A stretch of DNA of 41,521 bases. Source: an archaeon (GTDB taxonomy: Archaea; B1Sed10-29; JAJRYS01). Positions 6,427 through 15,485 of this stretch are shown here, piece after piece. Location of the stretch: contig JAJRYS010000019.1 in the NCBI GenBank assembly GCA_024275665.1, forward strand, positions 1 to 41,521, written 5' to 3'. The position numbers and the translations under genes were made by a program. Each line of letters begins with the position of its first letter. The stretch's first letter is position 1. The notes under the pieces were generated by a model. It was not told the DNA's origin and did no database searches. It saw only the letters and a list, made by a program, of their open reading frames with translations.

Positions 6427-9285
6427 ATGCTGAAGTATGACCCAAGCAAAGAATCTGAAATAGCAGAGTATTGGGAGTCCATAAGACTTCATGAGAAACA
6501 GGAAAAGAAACACGAGTCTGATGAAAAGTTTTACTTCGTTGATGGACCTCCTTATGCTAATGCTCTTCCTCACATGGGACACGCTCTCACGAGAGTACTC
6601 AGAGAAGTCTTCCTCAAGTACCACCAGATGAAAGGCAGGAATGTTTGGCTGCAGCTTGGTTTCGATACTCACGGACTCCCAGTATCAGTCTTAGTGCAGA
6701 GAAAACTCGGGTTGAAGACTAACCAGGAGATAGAAGAGTTCGGGGTTGAAAAGTTCAACGAGGAATGCAGAAAACACGCGTTGGAGTATCTTGGCAAGTG
6801 GACTGAGTTTTACAAGCAGTTAGGCTCTACTTCTCTCTGGGACTTGAACAACAGGTACTTTACTTTTGACGATGAGTACATTGACTCAGTGTTATTGTTT
6901 TTCAAGAAAGCGCATGAGAATGGATTGCTTTACAAGGGAAGCATGACCGTGCCTTGGTGTCCTTCTTGTGAGACTGCTTTGTCAGCTCACGAGGCAAGCG
7001 AGAAGTACAAAGACGTGCAGGATGACAGTATTTTCGTGAAGTTTAAAGCAATGGATGATGATTATTACTTCTTAGTGTGGACTACTACTCCTTGGACTCT
7101 TCCAGCAAATGTTGCTCTTGCTGTTAGGAAAGACTATGACTACGTGAAGGTCAAAGTAGGGGAAGAGTACTGGGTAATAGCCAAGGAATTATTAGAGAAA
7201 GTGCTTGAGAAGACAGGCAAGAGTGATTATGAAGTGGTTGAAGAGTTCAAAGGAGAAAAACTCGTAGGAGTAAAGTATCGTCACTTGTTAGAGGACAAGA
7301 TTCCGTTGCACAAAGAGTTTGACCACGTGGTCATAGATGCTGATTTTGTCACGCTTGAAGAAGGAACAGGGATCGTTCACATTGCTCCTGGCCATGGGCC
7401 AGAGGACTATGACGCTGGTTTGAAGAACAACTTGAAAGTATTATGCCCTGTTGATGAGAGGGGAGTGCTTACTGACGAGGCAGGGGCTTATTCTGGTTTG
7501 TTTGTGTTCGACGCGAACAAAGTCATCATAGAAGACTTGGAAAAAACGGAGAGACTAGTGTTTGTTGAGAAAATTACTCACAGGTATGCTCATTGCCCTA
7601 GGTGCGAGTCTCGTTTGATTTACAAGTCCTCTCCACAGTGGTTCGTGAAAATACAACCATTGAAAGAGAAAATGCTTGAAGAAAACGCCAAGGTCAAGTG
7701 GGTTCCTGCATGGGTTGGTAGTAAGAGGTTCAAAGACTGGCTTGAGAACGCTCGTGACTGGTGCATTTCCAGGCAGAAGTACTGGGGAATCCCACTGCCA
7801 ATATGGGAGTGTCCTGAATGCGGAAGCTTTGAAGTGCTTGGAAGCAAGAAAGAAATCCTTGAAAGAGCAGTTAAAGGAGCAGACCAGTTGAAGGAACTTC
7901 ACAAGCCATGGGTTGACAACATTGTGATAAAATGCAGTAAGTGCGATTCTGAGATGAAGAGAGTGCTTGACATTGCTGACGTGTGGCTTGACTCAGGAGC
8001 AGCCACGTGGGCTCCTCTTCACTATCCCAGAAGCAAAGAGGTTGAAAAATGGTATCCGATGGATTTCGTGACAGAAGGACTTGACCAGACGAGAGGATGG
8101 TTTTACAGCCTCATGGTTGAAAACATAGTAGTGTTCGGAAGCTCTCCTTACAAGAGCGTGTTAGTAAACGGATTAGTGCTTGACAAGACAGGAGAGAAAA
8201 TGAGTAAGAGCAAGGGAAACGTGACAGACCCAGTAGAAGTAATAAACAAGCACGGAGCAGATGCTCTGAGGTGGTACTTGTTACTGGAGTCAGCTCCTTG
8301 GGAAAACAGGAAGTTTGACGAAGACAGGTTAAAACTAGTGAAGAACAACCTCAACATTTTGTACAACGTGTACAACTTTGCTGAAAAACTATTACAACAA
8401 ACAAGCGTTGAAAAGCCAGAAGTGCTGATGCCTGAAGACAAGTGGCTGTTGTCACGCTTGCAGTCTTTCAAGAAAACAACGAACAAAGCTTACGGAGAAG
8501 ATTTGAATCCTACTATTGCTGCTCGTGCTTTGGAAGGCTTCATCGTGAACGACTTGTCACGCGCTTATATTAAGTTCGTTAGGAACAGGGTGAAAGAAGG
8601 AGAAAACACTCAGGCAGTGGCTTGGGTTCTTGTTAAAGCCCTTGCAGAAACAGTGGTTGTTGCTTCTCCTATTCTTCCTTTCACAAGCGAGAGAATATTC
8701 CAGGAACTAAGAAAACACTCAAACATGAACACTGAAAGCGTTCACTTGCTTGACTGGCCAGAACCTGACGAGTCATTCATAGATGAAGAACTCGAGGAAA
8801 AAATGGACAAGGCAATGCAGGCAATAGAATTGTGCTCTAATATTAGGAACAGGGTGGGGATTAACCTCAGGCAGCCTTTGCCAGAACTCGTGATAATAAC
8901 TGACAAACCGTTCGAAGACCTGGATAAAATAGTAAGAGAACAAGATAATGTTAAGAAAGTACTCTTCTCTGAAGAAGAGCCAGAGGGACTGGAGAAAGCA
9001 GAAGCGCAGGGAGTCAAAGTATTCCTGGATACTACGATTACTCCTGAGTTGAAGAAGGAAGGGCTCACGAGAGAGTTCGTGAGGAGAGTGCAGCAGATGA
9101 GGAAAGAGCTCAGGCTCGTGGAAGCTGACAGGATAAAATTGAACATCAGTCCAAAGCCTGACATTGATTATTACAAGCTCTTGAAAACTACGAATGCTGA
9201 GCTCGTGGAAGAAAAACAAGAACAGCTTTCAAAGAAATGGGCTATTGATGGCAACGAATACGAAATAAGCATTAGTAAAGAATGA
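6427..9285 (+). CDS. ileS: Isoleucyl-tRNA synthetase
   Basis: DGPPYAN..HMGH, GFDTHGLP, WTTTPWTLPAN, GTGIVHIAPGHG, WCISRQKYWG, EGLDQTRGWF, KMSKS. Confidence 0.97.
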   Translation: MLKYDPSKESEIAEYWESIRLHEKQEKKHESDEKFYFVDGPPYANALPHMGHALTRVLREVFLKYHQMKGRNVWLQLGFDTHGLPVSVLVQRKLGLKTNQEIEEFGVEKFNEECRKHALEYLGKWTEFYKQLGSTSLWDLNNRYFTFDDEYIDSVLLFFKKAHENGLLYKGSMTVPWCPSCETALSAHEASEKYKDVQDDSIFVKFKAMDDDYYFLVWTTTPWTLPANVALAVRKDYDYVKVKVGEEYWVIAKELLEKVLEKTGKSDYEVVEEFKGEKLVGVKYRHLLEDKIPLHKEFDHVVIDADFVTLEEGTGIVHIAPGHGPEDYDAGLKNNLKVLCPVDERGVLTDEAGAYSGLFVFDANKVIIEDLEKTERLVFVEKITHRYAHCPRCESRLIYKSSPQWFVKIQPLKEKMLEENAKVKWVPAWVGSKRFKDWLENARDWCISRQKYWGIPLPIWECPECGSFEVLGSKKEILERAVKGADQLKELHKPWVDNIVIKCSKCDSEMKRVLDIADVWLDSGAATWAPLHYPRSKEVEKWYPMDFVTEGLDQTRGWFYSLMVENIVVFGSSPYKSVLVNGLVLDKTGEKMSKSKGNVTDPVEVINKHGADALRWYLLLESAPWENRKFDEDRLKLVKNNLNILYNVYNFAEKLLQQTSVEKPEVLMPEDKWLLSRLQSFKKTTNKAYGEDLNPTIAARALEGFIVNDLSRAYIKFVRNRVKEGENTQAVAWVLVKALAETVVVASPILPFTSERIFQELRKHSNMNTESVHLLDWPEPDESFIDEELEEKMDKAMQAIELCSNIRNRVGINLRQPLPELVIITDKPFEDLDKIVREQDNVKKVLFSEEEPEGLEKAEAQGVKVFLDTTITPELKKEGLTREFVRRVQQMRKELRLVEADRIKLNISPKPDIDYYKLLKTTNAELVEEKQEQLSKKWAIDGNEYEISISKE

Positions 9286-9349
9286 CAAATTCTAACCACT
9301 TGAAACAAACCTTTCTCTTTTTATACTTTTTCTAAGATAAGAAATAATC

Positions 9350-9964
9350 ATGAGAAGAATGAAGGATTTGTTCAAGAAGAAAAAACCACATCCAAAAGTA
9401 AGGACAATGCGTTTGAATCCTGACAAGCTCGAAGAAGTCAAGTGGAGGCTTTACGAGGAAAAAGCAAAGCCTAACAAGATTCCTTCAGAAGTATTCGAGG
9501 CAATGTTCAGAGAAGCAATGGAAGAGCTTTACTGGAAATACGGGCTTGACTCTGACGCTGTTAAGAAGATGAGTCCTGAAGAAATACAGGAAATAGCCGA
9601 AAACTCCCTCGAGCACGCCATGAGGGAAAAAATAAACTTCAGAGTAAGAAGAAAAGCGGTAATGGGAGGTAACTCTTCTCCAGTAAGCCTTAACAAGATG
9701 CCAGAGTCATACGCTTATCAGAAGGATAAAATAGCTGAAGAAGCAATAAGAGAAAGAATCACAAAGCTTCTTAAGGAAGGGAAGAAAGTAAACTCAGAGA
9801 AAATTGACAGAAGCATGATAAACACTTTTGACAAGGAGTTCAGGAGAGCAATAGGAGAACTAAGCTTGGTTGAAGAAAAACCAATAAAAGAAATAGTTAA
9901 AGATCCTGTATTGTTTGAAAAAGCCAAGCAAATGGCTTTGAAGAAAATAGGGTTGGGTAGATGA
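9350..9964 (+). CDS. Orphan Lys/Glu-rich helical protein with basic N-terminus
   Basis: 204-aa ORF with its own TATA-like TTTTATAC upstream; no recognisable motif. Confidence 0.7.
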   Translation: MRRMKDLFKKKKPHPKVRTMRLNPDKLEEVKWRLYEEKAKPNKIPSEVFEAMFREAMEELYWKYGLDSDAVKKMSPEEIQEIAENSLEHAMREKINFRVRRKAVMGGNSSPVSLNKMPESYAYQKDKIAEEAIRERITKLLKEGKKVNSEKIDRSMINTFDKEFRRAIGELSLVEEKPIKEIVKDPVLFEKAKQMALKKIGLGR

Positions 9965-10488
9965 AGAAAAAAATTATAATAATAAGCGCTGTCCTAGCAT
10001 TGATAATAATCATTTCTACTTATTACTTGTTAACCAGTCAAAGGCAGGTAAAGGAAGAACTTGTAAAGAAAGTGATTGAAAACGCTTCAAGCAAGTGCAT
10101 GGGGCTTGATGGAAAAGAATTAGAGCAATGCCTTACACAAGTTGATGAAGAAGTCACTAACATCGCAGTAGAGTATAATGATCCTTCAATATGCGAGAAT
10201 ACTAGTATTACGAACGTAGAAGGAATGGGGAGACAGGAATGTTATATGAGAGTGGCTATTGCCTTGAAGAATGCGAGCATTTGTTCAATGATAGGTGAAA
10301 CAATGTTAGAAGATGCTTGCTATGAGCAAGTAGCCATTAATATTAAAGATTACTCAGCATGCATGTTTTCAAGTGATGAATACGCGCGTGACGAGTGTTA
10401 CTCTAGCTACGCTAGCGTGACAGGAGATAAAAAAGCATGCGACTTCATTGTTGACGAGCTTTCAAGAGAACAGTGTTATTCTTTGTAA
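9961..10488 (+). CDS. Membrane-anchored Cys-rich repeat surface protein
   Basis: N-terminal TM anchor; ~25-aa repeats of the type C..I......(D/E).CY...A; ATGA overlap with the upstream ORF. Confidence 0.8.
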   Translation: MKKKIIIISAVLALIIIISTYYLLTSQRQVKEELVKKVIENASSKCMGLDGKELEQCLTQVDEEVTNIAVEYNDPSICENTSITNVEGMGRQECYMRVAIALKNASICSMIGETMLEDACYEQVAINIKDYSACMFSSDEYARDECYSSYASVTGDKKACDFIVDELSREQCYSL

Positions 10489-10506
10489 AAAGAAGAAGGT
10501 GTTGGA

Positions 10507-10923
10507 ATGATCAAAGGACTTGCAGATAGGAAAAAACTTCAGAAAAAACTCCTCACAAGAGTGAAGAGAGGGGAAATAGGAGCTGCTAATGCTGTTAAAG
10601 AATTGGAAAAGAAAGGTTTTAGAGTCTCTTCTTCTTTTGACAAGAAACTCATGCAAGCACAAGAAGAGTTACTAAGAGAGAAAGGATTTTTGGAAAAAAT
10701 GCAGGAGATTGAAAGGGAAGAAGAAAAAGCAAAAGAGGAAAGGGAAAGGCTTAAAAAAATGACTGACGGGCAAGTGATAAAAGAGAAGAAGAAAGCTTTC
10801 GAAGCAGCTATAAGACTTCATAAGAAAGGAGAATTAAGTAACAGGGAAATGAATAAGATTGGAAAAGCCCTTGGATTGAAGGATTATTACAAGTGGTGGG
10901 AGAAATATTTTCAGAAAAAATAA
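10507..10923 (+). CDS. Orphan charged helical protein
   Basis: 138-aa K/E-rich ORF; GAAGGTG SD-like sequence upstream. Confidence 0.7.
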   Translation: MIKGLADRKKLQKKLLTRVKRGEIGAANAVKELEKKGFRVSSSFDKKLMQAQEELLREKGFLEKMQEIEREEEKAKEERERLKKMTDGQVIKEKKKAFEAAIRLHKKGELSNREMNKIGKALGLKDYYKWWEKYFQKK

Positions 10924-10945
10924 AGGGAAAAAACAAGAAGAATTT

Positions 10946-11059
10946 TCAGTCGTCTTCGTCTTTAACTCCTAAGTATTCTCGCATTTCTTCCCAACCACCG
11001 CTCTCGCGGTCATCCCATTCTTTCTCATGGTCATTGTCATTGTCGTCGTCGTAAGGCAT
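10946..11059 (-). CDS. Small acidic peptide 3 (37 aa, MPYDDDNDNDHEKEWDDRESGGWEEMREYLGVKDEDD)
   Basis: ATG preceded by AGGAGTGA SD-like sequence; translated by hand, below the ORF-track cutoff. Confidence 0.6.
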   Translation of the reverse strand: MPYDDDNDNDHEKEWDDRESGGWEEMREYLGVKDEDD

Positions 11060-11071
11060 TTTCACTCACTC

Positions 11072-11182
11072 CTAGTCATCTTTTTCAGAATTGTTCCACT
11101 CTTCTTTGCTGACGAACTCTAATTCCCCATCATCATGCAGTACAAACCTGTTGCCATCTTCATCTAATCCAACCATCACCAT
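11072..11182 (-). CDS. Small acidic peptide 2 (36 aa, MVMVGLDEDGNRFVLHDDGELEFVSKEEWNNSEKDD)
   Basis: ATG preceded by GAGGAGGGG; starts 3 nt after the upstream stop. Confidence 0.6.
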   Translation of the reverse strand: MVMVGLDEDGNRFVLHDDGELEFVSKEEWNNSEKDD

Positions 11183-11185
11183 TTT

Positions 11186-11254
11186 TTACCCCTCCTCTTC
11201 TTCCTCATCATCCTCTTCTAACAAAAAAGTCCAGTCTTCTCCGCACTCGTGCAC
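11186..11254 (-). CDS. Small acidic peptide 1 (22 aa, MHECGEDWTFLLEEDDEEEEEG)
   Basis: GTG start 8 nt after GGAGG (11267-11263). Confidence 0.45.
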   Translation of the reverse strand: MHECGEDWTFLLEEDDEEEEEG

Positions 11255-11340
11255 TTGCACCGCCTCCGCTTTGAACTCTTTCCTTGTTTTTCTTTGTAAC
11301 TCGCAATGTTTAATAATGTTTCGTTACTTAATGAAAAGTC

Positions 11341-14034
11341 ATGAACAAGAAAGAACTGTTAGAAGAATTCAGCAGGGACTGGGAGAAGTACTACGACTTG
11401 CCAGTGTTCAGGGAAAACGGCTTCAAGAGGAAGAAATGCGAGTCATGCGGTTCTTACTTCTGGACTTGTGATCCTGAGAGAAGAGTATGCGGTGACTGTG
11501 AAGATTACTCTTTCATAGGATACAAGCTCAAAGACTGGGATTACATTCAAACATGGAAGGCTTATGCTAATTTTTTCAAAAGCAAGGGACACGAGGAGGT
11601 AAAAAGGTATCCGAGCGTGTGCAAGTGGATTCCTAACCTTAACTTCACTATTGCCAGTATTGTTGACTTCCAGAGGATTGAGAACAACCAAGTAGTCTTC
11701 GAGTTCCCGTACGAGAACCTCGTGGTTCCTCAGTTCTGCTTGCGTTTCAACGACGTGTCCAACGTTGGAGTGACTGGAAGACACTTCACTGGGTTCATGA
11801 TGCCAGGGCAGCATTCTTACGGAGGTTACTGGATTAACAAATGCATAGAACTAAACCTCGAGTTCCTGACAAAAGTATTAGGAATTAATAAGAAGAACAT
11901 TACTTATTCTGAAAGCATTTGGGCAATGCCTGACTTTTCAGTATACGGGCCTGCAATGGAGACTTTTGCAAACGGCTTGGAATTAGTGACGAATGTGTTC
12001 ATGGCTTTCAAAACAGTGAACGGAGAGAGAAAAGAACTTGAGAAGAAAGTCATTGACGTTGGCTGGGGATTGGAAAGATTATTATGGTTTGTTAACGGTT
12101 CTCCTACTGCTTACGAACCAACCTTCAATTATATTATCAACGACTTGAAAGAAAAAGTAGAATACGACGAGGATTTTTTCAAGAAATACGCTGTCATCTC
12201 CGGCAGACTCAATCTTGAGGAAAACAAGGACTATGAAGGCACTTTGAAAAAAATAGCAGGAGAGCTTGGAGGAAGCGTTGAAGTCTTGAAAGAAAAAATA
12301 GAACCAGTGCAAGCATTATACGCTGTCTGCGACCATTCACGCTCTTTGTTGTTCGCTATTAGTGATGGCATGCTTCCAAGCAACACTGGAGGAGGTTACA
12401 ACCTGAGAATGATTCTGAGAAGAAGCCTTGCTCTTATCAACAAGCACAAACTAGGAGTGTCCTTAGGAGAATTAATTGAAAAGCACGCAGAGTACTTCAA
12501 GCAGTTATTCCCTGAATTGTTGGAAAACATTGAAGACGTTAAGAAGATAATCAAGTACGAGGAAGAAAAGTACTACGAGTCTCTTGGCAAAGCGGAAAAG
12601 ACTGTGAAAAACATGCTTGCTGAAAAACAATCCTTCTCTCTTGAGGAACTGAAGAAATTATACGAGGAAAAAGGAATCACTCCAGAATTAGTAAGGGAAG
12701 TCGCAGCAAGAACAGGGAAAGAAGCAAGGATTCCTGACGACGCAGAGTTCTATGCTTTCCTGGAAAAAACCAGGAAGGTTGAAAAGAAGGAAGAGAAGAA
12801 AGAATTCATTGACGTGAGCAGCTTTCCAGACACGAAGCCATTATGGCATGAGAAAATAACAGAATTCCAGGCATTCGTGCTTGGAGTAGTACAACAAGAC
12901 GGCAGGAAGTTCGTAGTGCTTGACCAGACTGCTTTTTATCCTGAGATGGGAGGACAGGACCACGACACGGGTTTCATAAGCAATGTGAAGGTGAACAGGG
13001 TTTTGAAGGTAGGCAACGTCGTACTACATGACGTAGGCAATGCTGAAGTAGTTTTTCAGAAAGGCACGATGGTCACTTGCAGAATCGACGAGGAGAGAAG
13101 AAACCAGTTGACAAAGCATCATACTGCTACTCATATTATTAATGGAGCTGCTAGGAGAGTGCTTGGAAACCATGTGTGGCAGGCAGGAGCAGAGAAAAGA
13201 GTGGACAAAGCTCGTTTGGACATCACTCACTACAAATTACTAACAGAAGAGGAAACAAGAGAAATTGAAAGAGTTGCCAACGAAGTGATAAGGCAAGGGC
13301 TTCCTGTTAACAAATACTTGCTTCCAAGGACAGAAGCAGAAGCAAAGTACGGGTTCAGGCTTTACCAAGGAGGAGCGGTTCCTTCGAAGATGATAAGAGT
13401 GGTTGAAATTCCTGGTTTTGACGTGGAAGCATGCGGAGGAACTCACTGTGACAACACGAACGAAGTAGAAGAAGTAATGATATTAAGGACTAGGAAAATA
13501 CAAGACGGAGTAGTAAGAATAGAGTTCGTAGCAGGAAAAAAGCTAATAGAAGAAACCAAGAAAAAAATGATGGAAGAAGAATTCGAGAAGAAAAAGGCAA
13601 TAGGAGCAAAGATTCTTGCTTTGAACAAAGACGCTGACCTGCGTGACAAGACTCTTGAAGAGTTGGAAGAAATGCTCAGGCATGAGTTGAAGAAGAAGGA
13701 AAAAGAAGAAAAAGAGAAAGCCAAGAGCATTGAAGGAACTGGGTTGTTATTCTGCCCAGATGCTAGTATGAAAGCAATGCAAGAAGCAGGAAGAAGGTTA
13801 ATCAAGGAAAAACCAGAAGAATTCGTGATAATAATAGGAAACGGAGTAGTGTACGGGGCAAGGGGAGAAGAATGCCCAGTGGACATAGAGCCATTAGTGA
13901 TGAAAGCAGCTGAGATAATTGGAGGAAAGGCAGGAACCACTCCTTCGTTGAAAGGCAAGGAATTTAAAGGCGGAGGACCTTTGAAAGAAAACAGTGAAAA
14001 AGCCTTTGAAGAGTTAAAGAAGATGATAGGATGA
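11341..14034 (+). CDS. alaS: Alanyl-tRNA synthetase (archaeal type)
   Basis: N-terminal CxxC..FWT..CGDC, FTIASI.DFQ, VGVTGRH, IDVGWGLER, DHSR, GGGYNLR, FYPEMGGQ, editing HTATH and CGGTH. Confidence 0.97.
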   Translation: MNKKELLEEFSRDWEKYYDLPVFRENGFKRKKCESCGSYFWTCDPERRVCGDCEDYSFIGYKLKDWDYIQTWKAYANFFKSKGHEEVKRYPSVCKWIPNLNFTIASIVDFQRIENNQVVFEFPYENLVVPQFCLRFNDVSNVGVTGRHFTGFMMPGQHSYGGYWINKCIELNLEFLTKVLGINKKNITYSESIWAMPDFSVYGPAMETFANGLELVTNVFMAFKTVNGERKELEKKVIDVGWGLERLLWFVNGSPTAYEPTFNYIINDLKEKVEYDEDFFKKYAVISGRLNLEENKDYEGTLKKIAGELGGSVEVLKEKIEPVQALYAVCDHSRSLLFAISDGMLPSNTGGGYNLRMILRRSLALINKHKLGVSLGELIEKHAEYFKQLFPELLENIEDVKKIIKYEEEKYYESLGKAEKTVKNMLAEKQSFSLEELKKLYEEKGITPELVREVAARTGKEARIPDDAEFYAFLEKTRKVEKKEEKKEFIDVSSFPDTKPLWHEKITEFQAFVLGVVQQDGRKFVVLDQTAFYPEMGGQDHDTGFISNVKVNRVLKVGNVVLHDVGNAEVVFQKGTMVTCRIDEERRNQLTKHHTATHIINGAARRVLGNHVWQAGAEKRVDKARLDITHYKLLTEEETREIERVANEVIRQGLPVNKYLLPRTEAEAKYGFRLYQGGAVPSKMIRVVEIPGFDVEACGGTHCDNTNEVEEVMILRTRKIQDGVVRIEFVAGKKLIEETKKKMMEEEFEKKKAIGAKILALNKDADLRDKTLEELEEMLRHELKKKEKEEKEKAKSIEGTGLLFCPDASMKAMQEAGRRLIKEKPEEFVIIIGNGVVYGARGEECPVDIEPLVMKAAEIIGGKAGTTPSLKGKEFKGGGPLKENSEKAFEELKKMIG

Positions 14035-15389
14035 AAAAAGCCTTGGCATTATCACTGTTGGTTATTACAAGCGTACTTGCTTATTCTTTTACTCTTGATG
14101 ATGCGAAAGAAGCAGTAGCTCCTTTCATCTTCCAAGGGGAATCAGCAAGCATGAAACCAACTACAATCACTTTGGTAGATGATAATGCTTACTGGGTCAT
14201 TGAAGCAGTCTCTTTCAACCAGATAAGCGTGATGTTTCCTTTCAACGCAGAAACAGGGAAAATAGAAACAGATGAAAACGCCAAGCTTGCTGTCAAAACT
14301 CATTACCTTGCCAACTTCTTCGAGACGAACGACGATATAAGTGACTACTTGGATGATGAGAAGAGCTTTGCTCAGCAAAGACAAGACGCCTTCCAAGCAG
14401 CCTTGCAGCAGTTCGAAGTATACGAAGCACAACTACCAGAAAACTATTCTTTCCAAACACTCGCAGAACTCAAGACAGAACTGGAAAAAGCAATAAGCAA
14501 AGCAGAAGCAGTAAGAAGCCAAGTAATAAACACTAAGAACGTCATTCATTCAATACAATCAAGCAACGACATTACAAGCGCCAAGAACAGTCTTGACTCT
14601 TTCTTCTCAAAACAATCATCCTTCCTTGACTCTTGCAAAGACGTGGCAACGAAAGCAGGAGAGTTTGAAACAGAGCTTGCTGAAAGCGGTTTGCAAGCAG
14701 AAGAACCAAGCCTGGCGCAAGCATTGCAAGGAGTCATAAGCACTTATTCATTGAAAATGAGCGTCACTGCCAAAGAAGACTCCTTAGAAGAAAACAAGGC
14801 AGTCATTGACTCTTTCTTCCAATCCCTTGACTCAAAAGCAAACGACTACATGGTAAAACTTGAGAACAGGCTGGCTTCTTTGAAAGACAAGGAAGAAATA
14901 GACAAGATAATGAGCGTCTTGGAGAATTACTCGAACGAGTACGAGAATCTGACAGAACAAGCGCAAGACATTCCATCCTCTTACATGGGAATAAGTGAGA
15001 AAATGAACGAATTAAGGGATAAGATAAGCCAGGGCTATGATTACTGCTCTTCTTCTACTCTTGAAGACTGCGAACAGGCAAAAGCACTATTCAAAGACAT
15101 TGAAAGTCTCATAAGTCAAGTCAAGAGCATAATAACTTCTTACACTCCAACTGAATGCGTTACAGGAACCAAGAGTCCTTGTTACACTCCTAACGGGAAG
15201 AAAGGAACAAGAGAATGCATCAATGGAAGATGGGCCGAATGCAAGCCAGTCCAAGGAGTAAATTATTACCTTGTAATAGGAGTCATAGCATTAATACTTG
15301 TAGGATTGCTGTACAAGTTTAAGGACAAGTTCTTCAAGAAAGAAGAAACAGAGGAAACAGGATCATGGGAGAAGTACGGATTCCAGTAA
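14031..15389 (+). CDS. Secreted, C-terminally anchored coiled-coil surface protein
   Basis: Signal peptide MKKALALSLLVITSVLA; long helical body; Cys-rich module ECVTG..SPC......GTREC.NG.W.EC; C-terminal TM then basic tail. Confidence 0.8.
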   Translation: MKKALALSLLVITSVLAYSFTLDDAKEAVAPFIFQGESASMKPTTITLVDDNAYWVIEAVSFNQISVMFPFNAETGKIETDENAKLAVKTHYLANFFETNDDISDYLDDEKSFAQQRQDAFQAALQQFEVYEAQLPENYSFQTLAELKTELEKAISKAEAVRSQVINTKNVIHSIQSSNDITSAKNSLDSFFSKQSSFLDSCKDVATKAGEFETELAESGLQAEEPSLAQALQGVISTYSLKMSVTAKEDSLEENKAVIDSFFQSLDSKANDYMVKLENRLASLKDKEEIDKIMSVLENYSNEYENLTEQAQDIPSSYMGISEKMNELRDKISQGYDYCSSSTLEDCEQAKALFKDIESLISQVKSIITSYTPTECVTGTKSPCYTPNGKKGTRECINGRWAECKPVQGVNYYLVIGVIALILVGLLYKFKDKFFKKEETEETGSWEKYGFQ

Positions 15390-15485
15390 AAACAATAACA
15401 GAGAATGGTAAACAATACTTTACAGTCGTTTTTTATAAAAGAACAGGCATAAATAAGAAAGACCTTTTTCTCAAGGTGTCGTAAC

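Noticed and set aside
11091..11471. Ser-rich 126-aa plus-strand ORF
   Set aside because: Antisense shadow of the Asp/Glu codons of the acidic peptides, and it overlaps alaS out of frame
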